Part shown: positions 45,423 through 61,557 of the stretch, in pieces
Layout of the letters: each line of letters opens with the position of its first letter
How positions within the stretch are numbered: position 1 is the stretch's first letter
NCBI RefSeq assembly: GCF_009914755.1
Contig: NC_060925.1
From: the human T2T-CHM13v2.0 reference genome, Homo sapiens
DNA: 64,000 nucleotides
Reading direction: 5' to 3' (one strand)
Notes under the pieces: generated by a model
The model's input: the letters and a program-made list of their open reading frames with translations, nothing else
Told to the model about the DNA's origin: nothing
The model's database searches: none
Program-made: the position numbers and the translations under genes

Positions 45423-46182
45423 CTGTCCCACACTTTTATTAGGTTTGGCAGTAATGGCAGAAGATAAAACCAAGACCAGGAACAACTTCACCTTGACAGT
45501 TGGACCATCCCACCCATCCCAACCTTGGAAAATTTCTCCTTGAGTGGATTTCTCTGCAGTCCCCATCTGCTCCCCTGTTTGTAGCCCCCTTTCCCTACCC
45601 TGCCCACACACTCTACTCGGAGCTCTCTAATTCTCTGCATGTTTCTGCTTTTGCTTTCAGTCCTACTTCCTGAATTGCCCGTGGAATCTCAAAATTCTTC
45701 TCCCTGTATCACGCAGACAAAGTCAGCTCTATCTTGTACTTAATGTCACCCAAATAGGTTGTGTCAAGGAGGCGTTTCACTTTTCTGTCCATAAAAGGTC
45801 CCCTCAAGCTGCATCAAGTCATATTCTTAAACAATAGAAATATCTACCCATAAAACAAGGGTTTGCAACTTCTGCAGATGACAAAAGCAGCCATATCTAT
45901 CTCAGAAAAGACATATTTTCTTCCCACTACATAAAGAGAAGGCTGCAGTATTAACAAGTACAATAGCAATCAGTTTTTAAGCATAATCCATGTGATGAGG
46001 GAAGAAAGAATTCTGATATGTCTTATAGGCATTCTACCATTTGACTCTCACAACAAATCCATTTTACAGACAAGGAAACTACAGTTCAGAGAGATTAGGC
46101 AATTTACCCAAGGTGACACGACTGCTTGACAGAGACTCAAAGCCTACCATGTCACTCTTCAATGGCTACAGCCTCACCACTG

Positions 46183-46962
46183 CAGTGTGTGCTGACAAAT
46201 GTTTAACAACCGGCTCTACGAAGACAAAATTCTTGCTTTGTACAGTTTCAATTCCCACAGTGAAAGTACACCTACCAAGACCAATTTCAAGTTACCAATG
46301 TGACATCACTAAATACAGAGCTGGGAAGGAATGGACAGCAGCACATCTTTATAGAGTAATTCCACCGTACAGATACAATACAATAGACAAAAAACCCAAG
46401 AGCATAGATGACAATAGAATGTAGTCCAATCACTGGAAAGTGATGAGTTTGGCCTGGCAGGCCTGGCACGGTGGCTCATGCCTATAATCCCAGCACTTTG
46501 GGAGGCTGAGGTGGAAGGATCACCTGAGGTCCGGAGTTCAAGACCAGCCTCGCCAACATGGCGAAACCCCGTCTCCACTAAAAATACAAACATTAGCCAG
46601 GTGTGGTGGCAGGCGCCTGTAATCCTAGCTGCTCAGGAGGCTGAGGCAGGGAGAATTGCTTGAATCCAGGAAGCGGAGACTGCAGTGAGCTGAGATCATG
46701 CAACTGCACTCCAGCCTGGGCAGGGGAGCGAGACTCCGTCTCAAAAATAAAAATAAATAACAATTTTAAAAAGTGATGTTTTACATATTTATTACCTGTT
46801 TTAATATGTTAATAACATAAACATATATAAACAATATATAAAGACTAAGTTTAAGCAATTTTACCTTTTTATAATGGCTAGGTTTCATAATCAGCTTGCA
46901 AAATTCCTGAAAATTTAACAATTGTTTCTAGCGAGCCAATATAAGCCATCTCTAGCACGCAC
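46183..46962. mobile_element. MER63-family hAT DNA transposon, split by an Alu
   Basis: cagtgtgtgctgacaaatgtttaacaaccggctct ... gcgagccaatataagccatctctagcacgcac. Confidence 0.75.
46459..46760 (+). mobile_element. Alu (AluS-like)
   Basis: Full dimer. Confidence 0.95.
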
Positions 46963-47026
46963 ACAACTGCTCCTTGAGGGTGCCATAAATATAATCCAGA
47001 CTTAGAGGAATTAGGGAAGGAAATAA

Positions 47027-47408
<382 letters not shown>

Positions 47409-47664
47409 AAAGGATAAATATGTTCTTAAGCAATGTGATAGTGTTTGGAGTTTAGATACATTTGTCATGAGTTCAGAATTCAATTCAATAGACAAAATGG
47501 TTAGGGGGCACCACCGGGTTGTATATTATTGATCATCTTAAAGTTATAAACAAAACAGGAGCCTAACGATGTCTTATAAAGAAAAAAACATGAAATCATA
47601 ATGAATATCAGTACTCTGGGTTTAGGAAATAAATGCTGGCTTGGTTTGGGGAGCTAGGTATCTT

Positions 47665-47929
47665 TTTCTTTCTTTTTTTTTTTTTTTACTTTATTTTAGG
47701 TTTGGGAGTACATGTGAAGGTTTGCTACATAGGTAAACACGTGTCATGTGGGGTTGTTGGAGAGATTATTTCATCAGCCAGGTATTAAGCCCAGTACTCA
47801 ATAGTGATCTTTTCTGCTCCTCTCCTTCCTCCCACCCTCCATCCTCAAGTGGGATGTTGTTTCCTTCTTTGTGTTTGTATGTTCTTATCATTTAGCCTCC
47901 ACTTATCAGTGAGAACAGGCAATATTTGA
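47665..47929 (-). mobile_element. Short L1PA/PB 3' end
   Basis: polyT plus reverse L1 3'UTR; TSD gagctaggtatctt/gagctagatatctt. Confidence 0.9.
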
Positions 47930-48153
47930 GAGCTAGATATCTTAATCCACTCCAAATACCTTTTTATTATTAATTTCTAAATATTTTCCTATTGGAACAA
48001 TCCTATGAGGATTTCACACAGACTAAAGATCATTTTCCAAGACTTTTGGCATCACTGCCATCTGGTGTAGCGGGTGGAAACAAAGCACCCCATATACCAT
48101 TCCTGCTGTCAGAGATTGGGGAACAGAGACCAAGAGAGACTAGTACTATCTAG

Positions 48154-48474
<321 letters not shown>

Positions 48475-49776
48475 GGACATTTATTGACTTTTTAATTTGG
48501 GGACAAGGAAATTGACTTTTTTCAGCCTCAGTTAATGTGCCCCTCAAAATACTGATCATCACAACTGGCCTATCTGGCTACTTATCCACATGATAGTGAT
48601 GACAATGGTAATCGAAGCCAAAGTACCTGGAATCCAACTCACTTTGAGAAATACTGACTGAGCACACAACTTTTGGTCAGGCACTGGGGCTAAAATCATA
48701 AGCAACAGAGACACGATCTCCGCCCGTAAGGAATGTTCAGTGGATTGATAAAGCAAAGGGTGTTCAGAGAAGCACAAGTCTATGTACGACGTATGCATTT
48801 CCTTTGTGATTTGCTGTTCAAGAATATTCTTTGGCGAAACCAAAAATTAAAAAATAACCCATGGACCTCCAGAACTCGCAGGATTTTCTGCACAGCCTCC
48901 TAAAATCCGTTCACTGTGACGCCACCATCAGACTGGATGAGCTGTGTTTATATAATTAAAAGAAAAGGACACAGTTACACTGAGATAATGATTTTCATAA
49001 TAAAAAAGACCCGTCATTAGTGCCGGCTTCAAAGCCAAGACAACTTCTCCTTCTTGACAATTTTTTTTATTTTAAGAAACTAAATAGATGGTTTCATCAC
49101 AAATAGACAGCATATAGGAGATAATTATATGGTGAAATGAAGCCAAGATAAATGCCTAAAAGTTTTTTTCATCCTTCCTTATATGGCTGTTGTTGGCAAC
49201 AAGGTTAGTTTTAAGTTGGACCCAGGGTATTTCACCTTGAATGTCTGTCTTTCATTTGCATAACAATAAGTTCTGGCTATTGTACACTCTGTCCAAAAAT
49301 CTAAAACTCTGTTATTACTGGCTTAATGGCCTGTGTAACCTAATTTAAAATAGGAAAGTGAACTTCAGGTTTTCTCTCTTCAGTTGACTGTGAAGTAGGT
49401 ATTAGCATATCATGGTCTTCTTGCTACCCTTCATCACTTACTGTGTCTCCAAGTGAGTTTGCCACGTCATGAGTTTGATTCAAAGATACTTGGTTAGAAT
49501 GGCTTAGAAGGACACAAGAGAAAACAGTAAACTGTAGATGGGGAGGTTGTGGGCTTTCAGAGGCACAGAAATTTACATTTCAATCTAGGTTCTACATTTC
49601 ACTGATGACTCAATGTGACCTTGAGCATGAAGGCAGATATATCTGATCTTTAGTTGCCTCATCTGTAAAATGGGACTAGTGACTGCAGTAGACAGCTTCT
49701 GTGGGGGCTGCCCTCTCTGCAAACACAGAGGTATGGGTCCCAAGGGGTCATGACTGTACCAAGTAATCTTCCCACC

Positions 49777-50161
49777 TGTATTATGTATTAGTCTGTTTTC
49801 ACACTGCTGTAAAGAACTGCCCGAGACTGGGTAATTTATAAAGGAAAGGGGTTTAATGGACTCACAATTCAGCATGGCTGGGGAGGCCTCAGGAAACTTA
49901 CAATCATGGTAGAAGGTGAAGGGGAAGCAAGGTAGCTTCTTCACAGGGCGGCAGGAAGGAGAATGAACGCAGGAAGAACTACCAAACGCTTATAAAACCA
50001 TCAGATCTCAAGAGAATTCACTCACTATCATGAGAACAGCATGGGGCAAACTGCCCCCAAGATCCAATTACCTCCACCTGGTCTCTCTCTTGATGCATGG
50101 GGATTATGGGAATTATAATTCAAGATAGATTTGAGTGGGGACACAAAGCCCAAGCATATCA
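49777..50161 (-). mobile_element. MaLR LTR (THE1/MSTA-like)
   Basis: tgtattagtctgttttcacactgct...ggggaggcctcaggaaacttacaatcatgg; 5-bp TSD ccacc. Confidence 0.9.
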
Positions 50162-50287
50162 CCACCCATATGCTACAGCCTGACTCAGCCCGAGGTAACA
50201 CCTGGCCCAATATAAAACAACTCAATTCTCTTTCCTGGAAATTGGATGTTTGTACTGAAAGGCAGAAACCTGAGAGTCTTTAGTGCA

Positions 50288-50321
<34 letters not shown>

Positions 50322-50470
50322 CAAACACAGATAAGGTTTACTGTGTACCAAACACTGTTCTAAGCACTCTTTTCTATTAACTTGTTTACATCCTCAAAAT
50401 ACATCTATGTACTATGTACTAGTAATATCACCTTTGCTTACAGATGAGGAAACTGGGACCAGAAAGTTGG
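50288..50470 (-). mobile_element. MIR with (AAT)n
   Basis: (AAT)11 then ttacagatgaggaaactg. Confidence 0.75.
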
Positions 50471-51814
50471 AATTGAAGTCACATTCATAGTAACCTTTTG
50501 GGGAGAAGATGTACAAAGTCCTGCCGCTCAGGTCCCTGGGGTTGCCCAGGCTCTGACCCTTCTTGAATCTTATGGTCCAGCTGTTAGGATTCTATGGGAG
50601 ACCTCAATGCTCCCTGAAAAAACGCCTCTGGCTAAAGTTGGCCAGAGTCAAGTTGTTTGCAAACATATAAGATTGTGTGCAAACAAAAATAATAAAATAT
50701 TTAGGAATGTAATACTAACCATTATGGTTTTTAGAAATAGCTTAGGTAAAGCTGCTAACAAGGGGCCTAGCATAGGTACAGGAGAGATTCTAGAAAAATT
50801 TTAGCACTGAACCATCACAACTATCCAAGATCCTCTAGTCCCCATAGAGTAGACCCTCGGGATATAGCTATAATACCACTAACAATAATCATTGTTGAAA
50901 GATTCTTCTGTGCTTGGCACTGCGCTATGGGCTTTGCTTGCATTATCTCATTTCATTCCTACAAAGCCTCTGTAAGGTAAGTACTTTCCTTCTCTCTATT
51001 TTATGTGTGGAAAAACACAAGTCTGGTTCCCTTCATCACTCCCCTTCCTCACCCCTGAGTGGAAGCAGGGTCTAACTTAGTATGATAGCGAGAGATTCTG
51101 TGAATGTTAATGTCTGTGAGGATCTGACCAACATCAGCAAGAAAAGTTGGCTTATCTTGCAGATGCTCTGATTTACAGAATGGAAAAGCCCTAAGGCCTC
51201 TCTGACCTACAGTATCTGAATCTAGAAATGCTGGTCATCAAGATGGGAGGCACCCACTAGAGGTAGCTGGGACTCTGAGGTGCAAAGAGTGGACCGAGGA
51301 AGAGAAAAGATCAGAGGAGGAAGGCAGAGAGAGAAGGGGCTCCCCAATACTGCTGAAGTCCAGCCTGGAGACTTGATCGGGAAAGAAGGGGAATCCCGTG
51401 GATGCTGAGGCACCCATCGTCTGTCAAAGCCAAGATGGTTTCCTAACCAATCATGAACATGACCTGTGAGACACTATGGGCAGCGTTAGGGGTTTCCATC
51501 CAAATGAGGACAGTTTAGCCGAGAGACGTTAAATGATCTGCTCACAGTCACACAGCCAGAGTTGGTAGAGGCAGAATTGGAACCCAGGCTGTCTGATTCT
51601 GGAGTCCATGTTCCTCATCCACTATTCTACACTGTACCCTCTTTGGCTAGATAGAACTACAGGTTGTTCTGGGTTTCACACCTTGGAGCTTTATTTGACC
51701 TGCATTTGTTCACATCAATCCCCAAAACCTTTTTGAAATCCCCTCAAAGCCATGCTCAAATGCCACCTTTTCCAGACTCTCCAGCCTCAGCACCACTCTC
51801 TCTTCCTGACCCCC

Positions 51815-52325
51815 AAATGTCTGTGCCCTCCCCCAAAATTCATATGTTACAATCCTAACTCCCAAAGTGATGGCACTAGGAGGTGGGGCCTTTAGGAGGT
51901 AATTAGGTCTTGAGGATGGAGACCTCGTGAATGGGATTGGTGTCCTTATAAAAGAGACCCCAAAGAGGCCCTTCCACCATGTGAGGACACAGAGAGAAGG
52001 CATCATCTATGAACCAGAAATTAAGCCCCCACCAAACACCAATTCTACAGGCACCTTGGTCTTGGATTTCCCAGTCTCTCAAAGTGAGAAATAAATGTCT
52101 GTTTTTTATGAGCCACCCAGTTTAAGATACTTTTGTTAATTTTGTTAATTTTCTACATTTTTTTTTGTAGAGATGGAGTCTTGCTATGTTGCCCAGGCTA
52201 GTCTCTGGGCAAACTTCTGGGCTCAAGGGATCCCCAGGCTCAGGCTCCTGAGTAGCTGGGACTTCAGGCATGCCACTACAGCTAGCTAAGGTGTTTTTGT
52301 CATAGCAGCCCAAACTGCCTAAGAC
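51815..52325 (+). mobile_element. MaLR LTR (MLT1A-like) with a reverse FLAM at ~52157-52290
   Basis: ccccaaaattcatatgtt...ggaggtggggcctttaggaggtaattaggtcttgagg...catagcagcccaaactgcctaagaca. Confidence 0.85.
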
Positions 52326-52928
52326 ATCCCACAGCACTTTACCTCCCTAAACCTCACAAAATGAATTCTGCTTGGCATGAGAGCTGGGTGGATGTGTCTC
52401 ATCTGCCCTACTAATTGAGCTCCTCAAGGGCAGAGGTATTTTATACATTTTCTACTTCCCCCGACTCCATCCCAACATACACACCACCACTGTCACCACC
52501 AGGACAGTGCCCTGCACTTGGCACTCAAGAAATAGTTATTGAAGGAGGCAGATATTCAGAGATTTCAAACAACCACAAACACACCACAGGCTCAGAGAAA
52601 ATGTCGAGGTCAGTATCTGCTCCTGCTCCATCCCTCAAGGCCAGAAGGCCAGCAGGAGTCTTGGAGTCAACTGTTTCTGGAAGCTTCTTCCAAAGACAGT
52701 GACATGGTATCCTATAAGTTATCTGTTGACTCTTCATATGTGAACAGTTAATTTGTTGTCTCATTCAAACGCACACACAAAGAGACCAGAAGGAAGCTCC
52801 TGCGGGGGAATCAATAGAATTCACCACATTTACTCTGGTAATTTCCCGGGAAGCCAATTTGATACAGGAAATGCTTTTCTAACCGCAGGTGCCTCTCAGC
52901 TCCCTGTCCCCAAGCTTCAAGCTGTGCC

Positions 52929-52946
52929 CGGCGTCCCCTGGTGGTG
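52929..52946 (-). promoter_or_regulatory. Candidate CTCF site
   Basis: Minus strand CCACCAGGGGACGCC versus consensus CCACCAGGGGGCGC (one mismatch), in non-repeat CpG-containing DNA. Confidence 0.5.
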
Positions 52947-53323
52947 ACACAGCCAGCAATCGCCCCTGAGGAGCCACCTCCCGTGTGGCTGCAGGATGTC
53001 ACCGCAGCTCCTCAAGTTCCACACTCTGAGATCAGCCCGGGAGCGAACTACCAACTTTGGGAGGTGAAATATCTTACAGAAGGAGTGTGGGAGAAGAAAA
53101 GGCATTATAAGTAAAGACCATCTTAGAACCCGTTAACTCAAACCACCACAGATTAGTGTCAGTGAGCAGTGAGGATGGGGCTTTTGAAAGAAACTGTTCC
53201 ATAAAGCCTGATTGAAAACAAGCTGGGGAGGCAGCCTGGGCTTCAGCTGGCACCTTTAACTGTGTTGCTGTTAAATTTACATACCCATTTGTAGGGGTAA
53301 TTGCAAAATAAAAGAGGAGCTAA

Positions 53324-53702
<379 letters not shown>

Positions 53703-54004
53703 TGACCCAGGTGCAAGTCAGGGCTGGCCTGCCAGGCAGGTGGCCTCATTCTTCTCACCCTGCAAACCTCCCTAGTTCACAGACTCAACATGAAATATCT
53801 GCTCTTGTGGAAGTTGTTTTCTAAGAGCTTAAGGAAACATTTCTGGGTGCAAAGTTCTTACATTAGATTGCATGACTGTGCTTTTCTCCCACTTACTTGA
53901 CAGCTCTCTCATCCTGTTCTGTGCTCAGAAGGTGAGCTGCCCTTTCCAACTCACACAGGTGTTACCCTGTGCTTAGTCCACAGGCTCCACATAAGCCAGC
54001 TTTG

Positions 54005-54310
54005 TATTTCTTTCTTTTTTTTTTAATTTTTAGACACAAGGTCTTGCTCTGTTGCCCTGGCTGGAGTGCAGTGGTGCGATCATAATTCACTGCAGCCTTG
54101 AACTCCTGGGCTCACGTGATCATCCCACCTCAGTCTTCCAAGTAGCTAGGATTATAGGCATGGGTCACTACGTCTCGTTAATTTTCAGAACATTTCTTGT
54201 AGAGATAGGGTCTCGTTATGTTGCCCAGGCTGGAGTGCAGCGGCAGGATCACAGCTCACTGCAGCCTCGAATTCCTGGGCTCAAGCAATCCTCCCACCTC
54301 AGCCTTCTGA
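54005..54310 (-). mobile_element. Old Alu (AluJ/FRAM-like)
   Basis: AluJ-type gcagccttgaactcctgggctca; TSD-like ccagct..tatttc. Confidence 0.9.
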
Positions 54311-54440
54311 ATCCAGCTCTCTATTTCATATCTCTTTTGTGCTCTATCCAAAAAGTCATCCCAAAGCCCAGTAGCTGGAATTCCACTTCCTTGAAAGAGC
54401 ATTATTAGACCCCACCTCAGAATTACCTAGAAACTACCTC

Positions 54441-54929
<489 letters not shown>

Positions 54930-55688
54930 CTATCTGCCTTGTTCCTAGCCCTCTGCTAAGAAGGAAGGCAAACCTGGGTGCAATGATGATGGTAGATGAT
55001 TCAAGTCAGCCCGCAAGGAAGGGCTAAGCTATAGGTTGTACGGGCTGCAGCATCCAGAAGAGAAAGAGAAATAAGTGAAGCCAAGTAACAGGGATGCGTA
55101 GAGAGAAGATTGGACTTGAGCTGAAACTAGAAGAATGGATAGGCTGTAGATATGCAAAATAGCATGAGGAAAGAGGATTCTAGACAAGGGAAGCCTCAAA
55201 GGTGGGAATGAGCCCAGTGAGCTCACGCTGCAGGACACCGCAAAGAGAATGTCGCCCATCATAGGGAATAAGCTCTGGAAAAGGAACAATATGGTGGAGG
55301 ACCGTGAAAGGATCTTGAAAATGTGCTTAGTGATTTAAAATTGACATATGGACTTTTCAAAGATTCTTCATCTCTCTACCCAAGTGGGCTAGCTCTTTTT
55401 ACATTTTTAAATATACTTTTTACTTAAATACTGCACGCCTAACTGAAGCTTTGGCAAACATGTCTTGAGTGTCAGCTGTGCCAGGGCCCTAACTGGGGCC
55501 AGAAAATTGTAGATGAAACTCTTGACCACACCCTCAAGGAGTTCTCATGTGTATGAAGAGGCTCATGTCCACATAGTTAGAAGTAGTGGTTGTCTCCAGG
55601 TGGTAGAATTTGGGTGGCTTTTGTTTTCTTATTTGTAATTTTCTAATATTTTTCCAACTTTCTTCAAAGAGAAAATATTATATTTTTA

Positions 55689-56105
<417 letters not shown>

Positions 56106-56756
56106 TCAAGAAAAGAAAATAAAAGCCGAAAAACAAAACCAAACTATTCTCGAGACTATTTTCAAATAAATTCGTAGAGAGATACTATATAGGATAGTTC
56201 TGAAGTTACACAAAAGAAAACGACAAGGGAAGATGTTCTAAATACACTAAACATACTATCAGAGACAGATCCCCAGGGATCAGCCATTTGAAGTATGTAA
56301 TCTTTGATAAAAGGCCCTCTGAGAAGGTGGCATTTAAATCCAGGGACTCAGTGCTAGTTCCCTTTCTTCTCTTAGTAGCTCTGGGAGTGCCTGTCAAGAA
56401 CAGCTTGAACCAGGGTTCCCTCCATCATGCACTTTTCTACAGTGGTCTGTGAGCCGAGAGCTCTTTCAATCACATCTGCCAGGGTCAGCCAGGCAACACC
56501 AGTCTCAAAGGTAGAAGCAATCTTCAGAGAGTAACTAATGTTCCCTCAGGTCTGTTACCTGCTCCTTTCACCATTTCCTCTCACTTGCCCTTTCACATGC
56601 AACAGATGAGAGGGATCAGGGCTTCGGTTTTAGAGTTGAACTGCTTCAGCTCACTCTGGCTTCTCCCTCTGCTGACTGTGACCTGGAGCTACTTACCAAC
56701 CTCTTTAAGCCTGCTAAGCCACATTTTCACCTTTTGTAAAATGGGCATGTGGATAA

Positions 56757-56878
56757 AAGGATGGAAGGATGGATGGATGGATGGATGGATGGATGGATGG
56801 ATGGATGGACGGAAGGACAGACGGACGGACGGATGGATGGACAGACAGATAAATAGATGGATGGATATAGAGATAGGT
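56757..56878. repeat. (GGAT)n/(GGAC)n microsatellite
   Basis: Directly visible tetranucleotide run. Confidence 0.95.
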
Positions 56879-56885
56879 GGGTATC

Positions 56886-57297
<412 letters not shown>

Positions 57298-57599
57298 TCA
57301 AATAATTCTGTAAGTCCTCTCAAGAAACAATAGCATTTCCCAATCATTCCTTTACCATCCTATTCCCCCTCTCTGAAAACAGCCACCTTCAATTTGTTTA
57401 ATTAATCTGTTGTGTTTACCTCTGTATCTCTGAATAAATCATGACTAGTCAGTTTTTGGCATTATCTATTGACTTGCTGCTGTGAAGAATGAGGGTGTGG
57501 CTTTTGTTCTCTGACTGTGCACCTCCTAGTTACCCTATCTTCACAATCCACTAATTTTGATTTAATAATCAGGATTTACATTATTATTACTCTGTAAAC

Positions 57600-57810
57600 C
57601 AGTGATTTTTCGATGTGGCTCAATAATGCCCCTTAGGAGGAAATTTGAAGTGTGGGGCAGCATTTTGGTTTGTCAGAATATTGCGGTAGGAGGATAAACT
57701 GGATCAGTGGCATCTAGTGGGTGAGGGTCAGGGATGCCATAAATTCTGCAATATGCAGAACACTGCTGCACAAAAAATTCCCCAAATATCAATAAGTCCT
57801 CCTGAGAAGC
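57600..57810. mobile_element. MER20-like hAT DNA transposon
   Basis: tggcatctagtgggtgagggtcagggatgcc...ccccaaatatcaata. Confidence 0.7.
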
Positions 57811-58199
57811 AGTTAACACTATTTACTGCTAATCTATGCAGTATACAATGGTTACCTTTCTTTCTTGGGCAACTTTTTCTTTTCCCTGGAGTTAACAATT
57901 GCCTTGATGTTTTCGTTTTTATCCTCTGAAAGCTTTCATAATCATCTCTTTGTTCCTCAGTATCCTGATATTTCACAATGTATGTTAGTCTATTTTCACC
58001 CACAGTGTTGGGCATTCAGAGAACCCTTTCAATCTGAAGATTTCTGTACTTTAGTTCTGGATTATTTTCTAAAACTGTTTCTTGATTTTTTTTTTCTGTC
58101 TCTTTTCCCTGACTTCTTTGATTAACTCATGTTATCTAAGTTTTGGAATTCCTAGTCCTCAAATTTTCATAACTTTTTTCTTTTTGTCTTTAATCTTTC

Positions 58200-58504
58200 C
58201 TTTTTTTTTTTTTTTTTTTTTTTTTGAGACAGAGTTCACTCTGTCACCCAGGCTGGAGAGCACTGGTGCAATCTCAGCTCATTGCAATCTCCACCTCCCA
58301 GGTTCAAGCATCTCATGCCTCAGCCTCCCAAGTAGCTAGGATTACAGGTGCACACCACCACACACGGCTAATTTTTGTATTTTTAGTAGAGATGAGGTTT
58401 CGCCATGATGGTCAGGCTGGTCTCAAACTCCTGGCCTCAAGTGATCTGCCTGCCTCAGCCTCCCGAAGTGCTGGGATTATAGGTGTGAGCTACTGCACCC
58501 GGCC
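58200..58504 (-). mobile_element. Alu (AluS-like)
   Basis: TSD taatcttt. Confidence 0.95.
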
Positions 58505-59669
58505 TAATCTTTTTGTTTGCTATATTTCCAGGAAGATTTCCTCAGCTTTTCCTTCGAATCATTCCACTGAGTTGATTTTTGTTTTGTTGTGTTATGTTTT
58601 TAATTACAGCTATGGTGGTGGGAGTAGGTCCCAAGATCTTTTTGTTTTCTAAATGTTTCTGTTTTCTAGCATTCTATCCCTGATCCATAGATGCATTTTA
58701 TCTTTTCAGGGAAATTAGTATAAATAACTTTTTGTCTGATTTTGCATTTTCTTTTTCTTACAGGGAAATCTCCTCCATGACACTTTGTTCTGTTTGTATA
58801 TTTGATTAGCTTTAATAATTTATATTATAATATAAACAATGGAGCCCAAATGTCTGGTGATCCTTGGCAGTCTGTAAATATTTAAGTGAAGTGCTAAAAA
58901 GCTGGCTGATTGTGCACATAACTGCACACCTCCCCACAAGGTGATCTATTCAGACTATTTCCTTGGGAATCCCCATGTCAATATCTGAACTAGTACAGAT
59001 ATTTCTTAGACTAGTACAGTTTCCCTAGAAAAAGCTTTTCTAATATCCTGCCTGAGGGTTATAAGTTTTGCTGTCAACTTTCTAAGAACTCATATGCTAT
59101 GTAAACTTTCATTTAATTCACCTGTTTTTATTCTGGTACTCCTTCTCCCACTGTGCCTGGGTAACTCTAGAGACCCTCAGATTTTACCCCTACAAAGAAT
59201 GAATCTTCAGTCTTCTGAAGAGGGCAGGAGGGACAGTCACCAACTGCACGGAATGAGGGAATCAATTTGCAAGTCTATTTTCTTCTTAAACTGACCATCA
59301 ACCAATGCTTCAACCTTCACCTCGACCTCATTTCCAGAGGCACCTGATCTTGGTGATTCCTGAGCCTTTGCAAGAGCTTTGGAGGGTAGGGTATCTATAG
59401 AATAAATCAGAATCTCTGCTTCTCCCATTGTCAACCTTATACCTGACAAGTCAGGTACTTTCTTGGAGCTGACAAATCAGATACTACTCACCCATCTGTT
59501 TTTCAGCTTCTAAATTAGTGTTGCCATCATATCCTCTTTAATTCCCTTTGTACTTATAGGTTTTACCTTTTTATTTAAATTTATGGTCATTTTAGTAGGG
59601 CGTTGGGGAGAAGAAGAGAGTAATGGAAAAATGGACCCACTGTCATTTTGCAAGTCCTATGATTCAGTC

Positions 59670-60530
<861 letters not shown>

Positions 60531-60532
60531 CT

Positions 60533-61505
<973 letters not shown>

Positions 61506-61557
61506 CTGCCTGACATTGTTCAATAAGTGTTTGTTGAAAGAACAAACAAATAAGTAG

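Noticed and set aside
50181-50240. TGACTCAGC, CCAAT/TATAAAA and TTCCTGGAA as a promoter
   Set aside because: Short motifs expected by chance; CCAAT and TATA overlap rather than showing promoter spacing.
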